Shown in pieces: positions 42,698 through 51,499 of a stretch of DNA of 64,000 bases (positions are counted from its first letter, which is position 1; the number at the start of each line of letters is the position of its first letter). The stretch spans positions 71 through 64,070 of the forward strand of contig JBLNCC010000086.1 in assembly GCA_050260395.1 (NCBI GenBank), read 5' to 3'. This DNA is from Betaproteobacteria bacterium. Lineage in GTDB: Bacteria > Bacillota > SHA-98 > UBA4971. A model generated the notes under the pieces. The model ran no database searches. It saw only the letters and a program-made list of their open reading frames with translations, and was not told the origin of the DNA. The translations under genes were made by a program, and so were the position numbers.

Positions 42698-44578
42698 ATG
42701 AGAAGATTCTGGAAGGGAATCCTTGCCGGGTTGCTTTTCGTGTTCCTTGTTGCTGGAGTTGCTTCGACTGGGTTCGCGGGGCAGGGGAAACTATACGAAA
42801 TGGCCATTTTCGCGGATCCTACCACGATAAACCTGTATTCATCCCTGGGCCCGAGTTCGACGGTGTGGAACACGTTCGTTTCCAACAGCCAGTACTACAC
42901 GTCCCTTTACGGGAACGCCGCTCCCACCTGGGCGTTCGTGCCGGCCGCAGCGGCCGACATGCCGAGCCCACTGAAACAGGAGACCATCGGCGGAAAGACC
43001 TACTACACGTCCATCGTCAAGATGCGCAAAGACATCAAGTGGAGCGACAATACCCCGCTTACCGCCGATGACGTCGTGTTCAGCTACAACGCCGTCCTCC
43101 AGATGGATCCCAACAAGCTCGGTGGGAACTGGCCGAGCATCGTGGACCCGACCGTTCTTGAGCGCGTAGAGAAGGTCGATGACTACACGGTGAAGTTCAT
43201 CCTGAAGGATAAACCTGGGTTGTCCCAGTGGCAATATGGATTGCTCCAGAACTACATCGTTAACAAGAAGTACTGGGAACCCGTGTTCGAGAACGCGAAA
43301 AAGGCGGCTGATCCAGTCAAGGAGCTTTTTGCCCACGAGCCTGAGAAGCAGCCCACAGCTGGTCCGTGGAAGTTCGGACATTGGGAGAAGGGCGCATTTT
43401 GGCAGAACGTGCCTAACCCTGTGTACAGTGGCAAAGGTGAGGTCACCACATTCTACGAGAACGGCGTAGTGACCATCGAGAACCCGAGAACCGGGTTCAA
43501 GTGGCAGAGTGGCAAGCCCGAGGGCAAGGTCGAGCTCAAGCTCACCGATGGTCCGGACGCGACAGGCACGTTGTACCGGATATTCCAGAACCAGAGCGCG
43601 GCCGTGCTCTCGCTGACGAGTGGGCAGGTCGATTTCGTGCTGAACTCCCTGGGCTTGCAGCGCGGTTTCCAGGAGCAGCTGAAGAAGGCGCCCAATGTCC
43701 AGCTCATTGAGAACAGCGTGAACGGCTTCCGGTTCATGGCTTTCAACCTGCGGAAGTACCCCTTCAACATTAAGGAGTTCCGTCAGGCGGTCGCCACCCT
43801 TATCGACCGGGAGTACATCTGCGAGAAGGTACTACAGGGTATAGCCTTCCCGCAGTACTCGGTCGTGCCTCCCGGAAACGCATACTGGTACAACAAAGAC
43901 GTTCCTCAGTGGGGCAAGGGGCTCACTCGCTCCCAGAAGATAGCGGAAGCCGTGAAGCTCCTCAAGAAAGCCGGATTCAAGTGGGAAGTCGAGCCTGAGG
44001 TGGACGTCGAGAAGGACAAGGTGCTGAAACGCGGTAAGGGGCTCATCATGCCGGACGGCAAGAAGATGCCCGAATTCGAGTTCATGATCATGACCGCCGG
44101 GTACGATCCTCTCCGCTACACGTTCGGTTTGAACATCGCATCCTGGCTCAAAGAGGTCGGCATCCCGATTGAAGCCGTGCCCACTGACTTCAACGTGGTC
44201 AGCTCGAAGGTATTCGACGAGCAGGACTTCGACGCCTTCATGATGGGCTGGAGCTTGACCCTGTATCCGGACCACATGAAGTATTTCTTCCACAGCGAAC
44301 AGGCAGGGCTCGGCGGCTTCAACGCCGAGGGCTACAGCAACCCAGAGTTCGACAAGCTGGCGGACGACTTCGTGAAGGAGTCCGATATGGAGAAGGCCCG
44401 CGAGAAGGCGTTCAAGCTACAGGAGATCCTCGCCGATGAGCTGCCTTACATCGTGCTCTTCGACACCCCGATGCTCGAAGCGTACAGGTCTGACCGCGTC
44501 CAGTACCCCTACACAAAGGTGCTGAGCGGCTTGCAGTACGTCGGGGCGCTCACGAGCACGGTCAAGATGCTCGACTGA
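42698..44578 (+). CDS. ABC transporter substrate-binding protein (family 5, Opp/Dpp type)
   Basis: Signal peptide. KWSDNTPLTADDVVFS, KVDDYTVKF, FRQAVATLIDR, YSNPEFDKL, LADELPYI. Confidence 0.92.
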   Translation: MRRFWKGILAGLLFVFLVAGVASTGFAGQGKLYEMAIFADPTTINLYSSLGPSSTVWNTFVSNSQYYTSLYGNAAPTWAFVPAAAADMPSPLKQETIGGKTYYTSIVKMRKDIKWSDNTPLTADDVVFSYNAVLQMDPNKLGGNWPSIVDPTVLERVEKVDDYTVKFILKDKPGLSQWQYGLLQNYIVNKKYWEPVFENAKKAADPVKELFAHEPEKQPTAGPWKFGHWEKGAFWQNVPNPVYSGKGEVTTFYENGVVTIENPRTGFKWQSGKPEGKVELKLTDGPDATGTLYRIFQNQSAAVLSLTSGQVDFVLNSLGLQRGFQEQLKKAPNVQLIENSVNGFRFMAFNLRKYPFNIKEFRQAVATLIDREYICEKVLQGIAFPQYSVVPPGNAYWYNKDVPQWGKGLTRSQKIAEAVKLLKKAGFKWEVEPEVDVEKDKVLKRGKGLIMPDGKKMPEFEFMIMTAGYDPLRYTFGLNIASWLKEVGIPIEAVPTDFNVVSSKVFDEQDFDAFMMGWSLTLYPDHMKYFFHSEQAGLGGFNAEGYSNPEFDKLADDFVKESDMEKAREKAFKLQEILADELPYIVLFDTPMLEAYRSDRVQYPYTKVLSGLQYVGALTSTVKMLD

Positions 44579-44625
44579 CGGCGGGAAGCCGCATCCCGGG
44601 CGCGAGTCGAGCCGCGGCCTTTCAC

Positions 44626-44655
44626 GAGCGGGCCTGGGGTGCCCCAGGCCCGCTC
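44626..44655 (+). other. Intercistronic GC-rich hairpin after the SBP gene (mRNA stabiliser/attenuator)
   Basis: GAGCGGGCCTGGGG / CCCCAGGCCCGCTC inverted repeat. Confidence 0.55.
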
Positions 44656-44719
44656 CGGTTTATGGGGCCTTTTGCGAAAGGCCGCGTTTAACCGGGGCAA
44701 ATCTGGCGAAGATTGAGGG

Positions 44720-45904
44720 ATGGAAATGCGCCGATACATTTTGAGCAGGCTGGGACAGGTCGTCCTGACGCTTCTGATATACATCACCCTGGTCTATTTC
44801 CTGCTTCAGGCCATGCCGGGCGACATCACCCAGATGTACCTGGCAAATCCCAAAATCCCGCAGGCGGCCAGGGAGGAGCTGAAGAAGCAGCTTGGGCTCG
44901 ACCAGGGGGTGTTGATGCAGTATCTGACTTACCTGAAGAACTTTTTCCGGGGAGAGCTCGGGGTGTCATTCTCGCAGTACCCGCGGCCGGTGTGGGATAT
45001 CTTGATGGAGCGATTGCCCAGGACCTTCGTGCTCTTCCTCACCGCGAACGTCCTCTCTTTCTACGTTGGTTACCTAATGGGACGGGTCATCGCTTGGCGC
45101 CGCGGCAAGGTCGTGGACTACGCGGCAACGGTCGTCGGCATAACGTTCTGGACTGCGTTCTATCCTCTATTGGCACTGGTCCTCATTTGGATCTTTGCCT
45201 ATACCCTCAAGATCCTTCCGCTCAACCAGTTCATAGAGCCCAAGCTGTGGCAGGGAGCCCCCTTCTCGGTGAACACGGTTTTTGGCTACATGGTGTTCGG
45301 GGGAGGTCTGGTCGCAGTAGGGCTCTTCCTCGTCTTCTACGCCTTCCTGCGCGGTCTCAAACGTACCCGCCGAAATGTCACGCTGGCCTGCCTTTCGGGA
45401 TCAGCGCTCGTCGCGGTGGCTCTTCTCGTTGCGTGGCGCTCAGGGGCGCTCATCTACATCTGGGACATAGCTAACCACATGGTGCTCCCAGTGTGCACGC
45501 TCACGCTCATCAGCTTCGCAGGCACTATGCTCCTCATGCGTGACTCCATGCTCGAGACAGTGCAGGAGGACTATGTGATGGCTGCTCGCGCCAAGGGCCT
45601 TCCCGACAACGTGGTGAGGGATAGGTACGCCGCGCGGACCGCGATGCTGCCTACCGTTACAAGCCTGGTGCTCAGCCTGGCGAGCTCGATGAGCGGCGGT
45701 CTCGTCACAGAGACCATGTTCTCTTGGCCGGGGCTGGGACAGGTGCTGTTCCATTCCGCGCTCGCGAACGACTACCCGCTTGCGACGGGGGCCCTCGCGT
45801 TCACCGGGGTGTTCCTCCTAATAGCGCACTTTGTTGCAGATATTCTCTACGCGGTTCTCGACCCGCGCATTACCTACACGGGGCAGCCCGCGACCGAGGC
45901 TTAG
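44720..45904 (+). CDS. ABC permease (OppB/DppB type)
   Basis: MPGD, LGLDQ, EAA loop DYVMAARAKGL, ETMFSWPGLG, DILYAVLDPRI. Confidence 0.93.
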   Translation: MEMRRYILSRLGQVVLTLLIYITLVYFLLQAMPGDITQMYLANPKIPQAAREELKKQLGLDQGVLMQYLTYLKNFFRGELGVSFSQYPRPVWDILMERLPRTFVLFLTANVLSFYVGYLMGRVIAWRRGKVVDYAATVVGITFWTAFYPLLALVLIWIFAYTLKILPLNQFIEPKLWQGAPFSVNTVFGYMVFGGGLVAVGLFLVFYAFLRGLKRTRRNVTLACLSGSALVAVALLVAWRSGALIYIWDIANHMVLPVCTLTLISFAGTMLLMRDSMLETVQEDYVMAARAKGLPDNVVRDRYAARTAMLPTVTSLVLSLASSMSGGLVTETMFSWPGLGQVLFHSALANDYPLATGALAFTGVFLLIAHFVADILYAVLDPRITYTGQPATEA

Positions 45905-45934
45905 ATTGACGTGTGGCAAGGCAGGTGAGGCAAG

Positions 45935-46897
45935 ATGAGACAGTTGGCACCGAGCCCCCAAGCGGACACCGTGGCCCTCAGGGAACCCCTCTGGAAAATC
46001 AGGTGGAAGCTCACCATGCGCGGGCTTTCGCAGAACTGGGCTGTGTTCCGAGAAAGCCGTATCGGCATGTTCGGGTTAGTCCTCATCGTGCTTTTCGGCG
46101 TGTTCGGCGCGCTGTGGCCGATAATGATAAACACGGTGTGGGATCCCATGATCTACCACCCCGTGGTCGGGTTTGACCCGATGCTCGCCCATCCTTCGCC
46201 GCCCACAAGGGCTCATCTCCTCGGCACCGATCCCATCGGCCGGGATATCCTTGCCCAGCTCATGTTCAGCACAGGCCGGGAGTTCCTTCTGGGCGTGCTT
46301 TCGGCGCTGATCACAGTGGTGATCGGCACTATCGTCGGCACCGTGGCCGCATACTACGGCGGTTTTACTGACACGTTCTTCATGCGGGTAGCCGACATCA
46401 TGATGCTCTTTCCGTTCATACCGCTGCTCGTGGTTGTGGGTTCAATGGTGCGGCTGAGTTTCTTCCCATTCGCCGTGATCCTCGGCGTGTTGGGGGGATT
46501 CGGAGGCATAACGATCATCCTGAAGGCGCAAGCGCTGTCCGTGAAAGTCAGGCCGTACATCGACGCAGCCCGCGTGGCTGGCGGGAGCAGCTTTCACATA
46601 ATCCGGGCGCATATAATACCCAACGTGCTTCCGCTGTCATTTCTGTACATGATGTTCAACGTGACAGCCGCCATCTTGAGCGAAGCGACCCTCTCGTTTT
46701 TCGGTGTTCTGAACATCGACATGAGCTGGGGTATGATGATCCATACCGCTGAAGCCGCCGGTTACCTCTTTGACTTCAGTAGGTACTGGTGGCTGTGGTT
46801 GCCTTCCGGGCTTGCGATCACATTGTTCTGCGCCGCGTTTTACATGGTGGGTAGAGGGCTGGATGAAGTCGTGAACCCGCGGCTGAGAAAGAGGTGA
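45935..46897 (+). CDS. ABC permease (OppC/DppC type)
   Basis: HLLGTDPIGRD, YIDAARVAG, HIIPN, SEATLSF, NPRLR. Confidence 0.93.
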   Translation: MRQLAPSPQADTVALREPLWKIRWKLTMRGLSQNWAVFRESRIGMFGLVLIVLFGVFGALWPIMINTVWDPMIYHPVVGFDPMLAHPSPPTRAHLLGTDPIGRDILAQLMFSTGREFLLGVLSALITVVIGTIVGTVAAYYGGFTDTFFMRVADIMMLFPFIPLLVVVGSMVRLSFFPFAVILGVLGGFGGITIILKAQALSVKVRPYIDAARVAGGSSFHIIRAHIIPNVLPLSFLYMMFNVTAAILSEATLSFFGVLNIDMSWGMMIHTAEAAGYLFDFSRYWWLWLPSGLAITLFCAAFYMVGRGLDEVVNPRLRKR

Positions 46898-46901
46898 TAA
46901 G

Positions 46902-47945
46902 ATGGACCCCCTGCTTGAGTTGGATGATTTCACCATGCACTACAGCACGAAGGCCGGCTGGGTGCAGGCGGTAGACGGCGTAACATTGTCCCTGGCCAAA
47001 GGGCAGGCCCTCGGGCTGGTCGGAGAGTCCGGGTGCGGCAAGACGTCCATCGCCATGTCCATAATGAAACTCCTCCCCTACAACTCGAATGTGGTCAGGG
47101 GCCGGATCCTCTTCGAGGGCCGCGACATTTACTCGATGACCGACGAGGAAGTTCGAAGGATGCGATGGAAAGGCGTCGCCATGATATTCCAAGCCGCGAT
47201 GAACTCCCTCAATCCCGTGTATCGTGTGGGCAATCAAATAGTGGAGGCCATAGTGACTCATGAGCCCGAGACCAGCGAAGAAGAGGCGTGGGCAAGGGTG
47301 GGGTCGTTGTTCGAGCTCGTAGGCATTCCGAAAGAACGCATGTATAACTACCCGCACGAATACAGCGGCGGCATGAAGCAGAGGGCCGTCATCGCCATGG
47401 CCCTCGCGTGCAATCCCAAGCTGATCATCGCCGACGAGCCAACTACTGCGTTGGATGTGATAGTCCAGGACAGAATCCTGCGAGAAATGGACCAGATAAG
47501 GCGCAAAATCAACATGAGCATGATCTACATCTCTCACGACGTTTCCGTCATAGCCGAGGTGAGCGACGTGGTAGCCGTGATGTACGCCGGCAAGCTGGTC
47601 GAACTCGGCCAGGCAGACGATGTGTTCAAGAGGCCGCGGCATCCGTACACCTACGCTCTCATGAGGGCTTACCCCAGCATCCTTGGGGAGAAGCGCGAGC
47701 TGGCCACGATCCCGGGCGAGCCGCCGAACCTCCTCGACCCGCCATCCGGATGCCGTTTCCACCCGCGGTGCGATCGGGCTACCGCCGAATGTTCCGCGGC
47801 AGACCCCGTGTGGCGGGAGATCTATCCGGGGCATTACTGCGCATGTCACAACCCCGTTGAGGCCGACGGCAGATGGTCCGAGGGACTGCGCCTGGGCAAG
47901 GGGACGGATGGGGGTGAGAAGCTTGGCAGTTCCAGCAATGGCTGA
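46902..47945 (+). CDS. ABC ATPase (OppD type)
   Basis: GESGCGKT, YPHEYSGGMKQR, IADEPTTALD, C-terminal GCRFHPRC. Confidence 0.95.
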   Translation: MDPLLELDDFTMHYSTKAGWVQAVDGVTLSLAKGQALGLVGESGCGKTSIAMSIMKLLPYNSNVVRGRILFEGRDIYSMTDEEVRRMRWKGVAMIFQAAMNSLNPVYRVGNQIVEAIVTHEPETSEEEAWARVGSLFELVGIPKERMYNYPHEYSGGMKQRAVIAMALACNPKLIIADEPTTALDVIVQDRILREMDQIRRKINMSMIYISHDVSVIAEVSDVVAVMYAGKLVELGQADDVFKRPRHPYTYALMRAYPSILGEKRELATIPGEPPNLLDPPSGCRFHPRCDRATAECSAADPVWREIYPGHYCACHNPVEADGRWSEGLRLGKGTDGGEKLGSSSNG

Positions 47946-48921
47946 GAAGACCGACCCCATTCTGCGCGTCGAGCACCTATCCAAGCACTATCCTGTGTCG
48001 AGAGGCTTCTTCCAACGGGGGAAGCTGTTCCTCCATGCCGTCGACGATGTGAGCTTCGAGGTGAAGCGGCGCGAGGTGCTTGGGCTGGTTGGGGAATCGG
48101 GGTGCGGAAAGACAACGACGGGCCGAATGATCGCCCGCCTCACGGTTCCCACCTCCGGGCGTATCCTCGTGGAGGATGCCGATGTCTCGAAGATGCAGGG
48201 CGCTGCGACGGTGGAGTTCCGCAGGAAGGTCCAGATGATCTTCCAAGATCCTTATGAGTCGCTGGACCCCAGGATGACCATCTTTGACATCGTTGCGGAA
48301 CCCCTGAATGTGAACGGCATAGGCAGCCTGGAGGAACGAGAGCAACGCGTGGCCGAGATGCTGAGCTTGGTTGGGATCTCGCCTCCGTCGGCGTTCCTCT
48401 TCAGGTTCCCTCACGAGCTGTCGGGCGGGCAACGACAGCGTGTTGCGATCGCGAGGGCGCTCGTGATGGATCCTGCTTTCGTGGTGGCCGACGAGCCCAC
48501 GTCGATGCTGGATGTTTCGATTCGCACGGGCGTCATGAAGCTTCTTGCACAGCTTCGCGAGGATCTCGGGATCAGCTACCTTTACATCACCCATGACCTC
48601 GCGGTTGCAAGGTACCTCTGCGACAGGATCGCCGTGATGTACCTGGGGAAAATCGTTGAGATGGCCGGAGCTGAAGAGATCATCAAGGAGCCGCTGCATC
48701 CTTACACCAGGGCTCTCATATCGGCTGTTCCCGTGCCTGACCCAGCGGTGAAGAGGCCCATTCCCACCATCAAGGGGGGAATAAGCAAGCCGATAAACCC
48801 GCCGCGCAGGTGTCGGTTCTACGAAAGGTGCCCTCTGGCGAAAAGCACGTGCGCCGAGCAGGACCACCCAGTTCTGAAAGAGGTGTCAAAGGGCCACTTT
48901 GTCGCTTGCCACGACCTATAG
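47938..48921 (+). CDS. ABC ATPase (OppF type)
   Basis: GESGCGKT, FPHELSGGQRQR, VADEPTSMLD, HFVACH. The start overlaps the oppD stop. Confidence 0.95.
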   Translation: MAEKTDPILRVEHLSKHYPVSRGFFQRGKLFLHAVDDVSFEVKRREVLGLVGESGCGKTTTGRMIARLTVPTSGRILVEDADVSKMQGAATVEFRRKVQMIFQDPYESLDPRMTIFDIVAEPLNVNGIGSLEEREQRVAEMLSLVGISPPSAFLFRFPHELSGGQRQRVAIARALVMDPAFVVADEPTSMLDVSIRTGVMKLLAQLREDLGISYLYITHDLAVARYLCDRIAVMYLGKIVEMAGAEEIIKEPLHPYTRALISAVPVPDPAVKRPIPTIKGGISKPINPPRRCRFYERCPLAKSTCAEQDHPVLKEVSKGHFVACHDL

Positions 48922-49058
48922 GCGTTTGGGCGGTGAATAGACGGTGGAGAGGGGCGAGTCGGCCTGGCTGCGGCGGGATTGGGATATGTGGTGTGCGGTC
49001 GACTTGCTTCCCGAGCGCAGGATACGCGAGCCGCAGGTCTAGAAATGCGAGGTGAGGG

Positions 49059-49625
49059 GTGGTGTCTACCAGGAGGAGTCACGAGGTATGGTCCTGGACG
49101 ACCCTCGCCGTCGCGTCCATCGCGGCCATCCTCCTTCTCGTGGCAACCGAACGTCGGTACTTCGAGTACGCGGGGTGGACGCGCGAGGTACGAGCCTCGC
49201 TCGAGACCGCGAGTCTCAGGCATGAGGGCGAGGCCGTTATGCTGAACGCGGTGATCGCGCTGGAGGCGCCGACGGTGGGGTTCGAGAGCAAGGTGGAGCG
49301 AGTTGAGTTCACTCTGGACCAGGGCGGGAGGCGCCTTGGGTACTTCTTCACGCTTCCGGGCGACATTGTCGTTGTCCCGCCGGCGGATGTTGGCGCTCGC
49401 CCCACGGCAGTCACCCGAATCACTGTGACAAAGGACACCTCACGGGAGCTTGCAGTGAGCGCGCCAGACGCCGGCGAAGAGGCGCGACAAGGGGGCGGAG
49501 GAAACGGCGAAAGCGCCACGGCGCAACTCGCCGGCGATGTCGTGCTGGTTGTCGCTCTTCGGCGGGGAGAGAGATTGGTGCGCGTTCCAGTGGCGGGGGA
49601 GGTGGGGGTGGAAAGTGGCGGGTGA
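49059..49625 (+). CDS. Hypothetical membrane-anchored protein (possible LEA-2-like beta-sandwich)
   Basis: GAGGTGAGGGG RBS. One N-terminal TM segment, then alternating beta-strand patterns (RVEFTLDQGGRRLGYF). Confidence 0.5.
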   Translation: MVSTRRSHEVWSWTTLAVASIAAILLLVATERRYFEYAGWTREVRASLETASLRHEGEAVMLNAVIALEAPTVGFESKVERVEFTLDQGGRRLGYFFTLPGDIVVVPPADVGARPTAVTRITVTKDTSRELAVSAPDAGEEARQGGGGNGESATAQLAGDVVLVVALRRGERLVRVPVAGEVGVESGG

Positions 49626-49644
49626 AGAGACGTGGGGGCGGTGC

Positions 49645-50046
49645 ATGAAAGCCGTGGGGGTTGCCGCACGCGCGGTTATTCTGGGTGGAGCAGGTTCGGT
49701 GTGCCTGGCGTTGCTTCAGCTCGGGGACTTCACCCCTCTGCCTTCCGGGTGGAGTCTCGCCATCCCGGTGCTGGGCGGAGTGGCGTTGGGCCTCGCCGAA
49801 ATGAGCGTGCACGAGCTCGTGGGGTGCGTGGCGTTTCTCGTCGTGATGGCCCCAGCGCTGGCGCCCGTTATCGTCGCCTTTCCCACATCGGAGCTTGAAA
49901 GGAGCGGTGTCGTGCGTGCCGCGCTTCGAAACTCGTTGGCGGCCGACGCCCTGCTTCTCCCGTGCGTCCTGGCGGGAATCGTGCTCGGCAGGTGGGTCGC
50001 GGACATGATCGCCTCGCGCCCCCGATCCATGCGTCATAGAAGATAA
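49645..50046 (+). CDS. Hypothetical small integral membrane protein (~4 TM)
   Basis: ATG after a GGGGG RBS. 133 aa, strongly hydrophobic, co-oriented within the cluster. Confidence 0.5.
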   Translation: MKAVGVAARAVILGGAGSVCLALLQLGDFTPLPSGWSLAIPVLGGVALGLAEMSVHELVGCVAFLVVMAPALAPVIVAFPTSELERSGVVRAALRNSLAADALLLPCVLAGIVLGRWVADMIASRPRSMRHRR

Positions 50047-50081
50047 CGGGCGTGCTAGCTTGTTCTCTCGGGGGGATCGAC

Positions 50082-51446
50082 GTGGAAGGTTACGTTGACG
50101 ACAAGCATGAACGAAGGGCACAGGAGCATTCAGAGTTGCGGGCCACCTGCACCGACGAAAGGACCGCCGGGACCCTCATCGGTGCCAAACCCCAGGCGTC
50201 CATCGTCGAGGATTTCGCGCGGTACGTGTCCCCAGGGAGAGTGGAGGTGTATCGATCCCTCGGCTTCGACGCGGTTCCGGGCAAACGTGAGGGGGTGTAC
50301 GTCTGGGACCTCTCCGGCAGACGGTACATAAACTGCCGGTCCAGCGGCGGTGTGTTCAACCTCGGGCACCGGCCCCCTGCCGTCGTGAATGCGCTCAAGG
50401 CCGCACTCGATGTGCTCGACATCGGCGACCACATGCTTCTCAGCGAACACCGGGCCAGGCTGGCTGCCAGGCTTGCTGAGCTCACGCCGGGCGACATAAC
50501 GTACAGCTTTTTCACCCCTAGCGGCGGCGAGGCGTGCGACGTCGCCATCAAGCTGGCGAGGGGCTACACCGGGCGTGCCGGAATCGTCTCTGCGGTCGAC
50601 GGTTACCACGGTCACACCGGGTTTGCGCTTTCGGCGGGGGACGCTCGTTTCAAGAGGCACTTCGAGCCGCTTATGCCGGGGTTCACCCAGGTGCCTTTCG
50701 GGGACATCGACGCGGTGGAGCGCGCTGTCGACGAGACCACGGCCGCGGTGATATTCGAGACCATCCCCGCCACCGCCGGGATCGTCATCCCGCCCGACGA
50801 TTTCTATCCCGCGGTGAGGGAGATCTGCGACAGCAAGGGAGCCCTGCTGATCCTCGACGAGGTCCAAGCTGGGCTTGGCAGGACAGGTCGCCTTTGGGCG
50901 ATCGATGAGTGGGGTGTGGTCCCAGACATCCTGGTTCTGGGCAAAGGGATGAGCGGCGGAATCTACCCGCTTTCCGCAGTGTGCTATAGGGAGCACGTTG
51001 ACGAGTTCTTCAAGCGGAACCCGTTCGTGCATTTGACCTCTTTCGGTGGCGCCGACCTTGGGTGCGTGTGCGCCCTGGCGATGCTCGACGAGATCTGCCG
51101 GCCGGGGTTCCTGGACCACGTGGAAGAGATGGGTGTGCGTTTCGAGCGAGGCTTTGCGCGGCTGAAGGAGAAACACCGGGAGACGGTAGCAGGCTGGAGA
51201 CGGCGCGGCCTGATGATGGCTTTCGAGCTTGCCGACGACACGCTTGGCCCCATGATGACTTACGCCCTCGGCAAGAACGGCGTGATCGCCGTGTTCTCGG
51301 ATTTTCGACCGAGGGCGATGCAGATAATGCCGCCTCTCATCATACAGCCGCCCGAGGTTGACGAGGTGCTTGAGGCGATGGACCAGGCGCTCGACCTCGT
51401 GGAGAGCATGGTTGCCGCAGGGGCCCCAGCTCCTTACATTCCCTGA
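50082..51446 (+). CDS. Class III PLP-dependent aminotransferase (putrescine/ornithine aminotransferase-like)
   Basis: FNLGH, SGGEACDVAIKLAR, GYHGHT, LILDEVQAGLGRTG, PDILVLGKGMSGG (PLP lysine), TSFGG. Confidence 0.9.
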   Translation: MEGYVDDKHERRAQEHSELRATCTDERTAGTLIGAKPQASIVEDFARYVSPGRVEVYRSLGFDAVPGKREGVYVWDLSGRRYINCRSSGGVFNLGHRPPAVVNALKAALDVLDIGDHMLLSEHRARLAARLAELTPGDITYSFFTPSGGEACDVAIKLARGYTGRAGIVSAVDGYHGHTGFALSAGDARFKRHFEPLMPGFTQVPFGDIDAVERAVDETTAAVIFETIPATAGIVIPPDDFYPAVREICDSKGALLILDEVQAGLGRTGRLWAIDEWGVVPDILVLGKGMSGGIYPLSAVCYREHVDEFFKRNPFVHLTSFGGADLGCVCALAMLDEICRPGFLDHVEEMGVRFERGFARLKEKHRETVAGWRRRGLMMAFELADDTLGPMMTYALGKNGVIAVFSDFRPRAMQIMPPLIIQPPEVDEVLEAMDQALDLVESMVAAGAPAPYIP

Positions 51447-51499
51447 AAACGACCGGAGAAAGCCATATCACAGGTCGGCGCAGTGGAGGGACCACCCAA

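Noticed and set aside
44664-44685. GGGGCCTTTTGCGAAAGGCCGC resembling the rifamycin-associated element (RAE) near an RPH-like gene
   Set aside because: It differs in length and core from the RAE palindrome, is ~7 kb from the dikinase and is intercistronic. It is better explained as an RNA hairpin.
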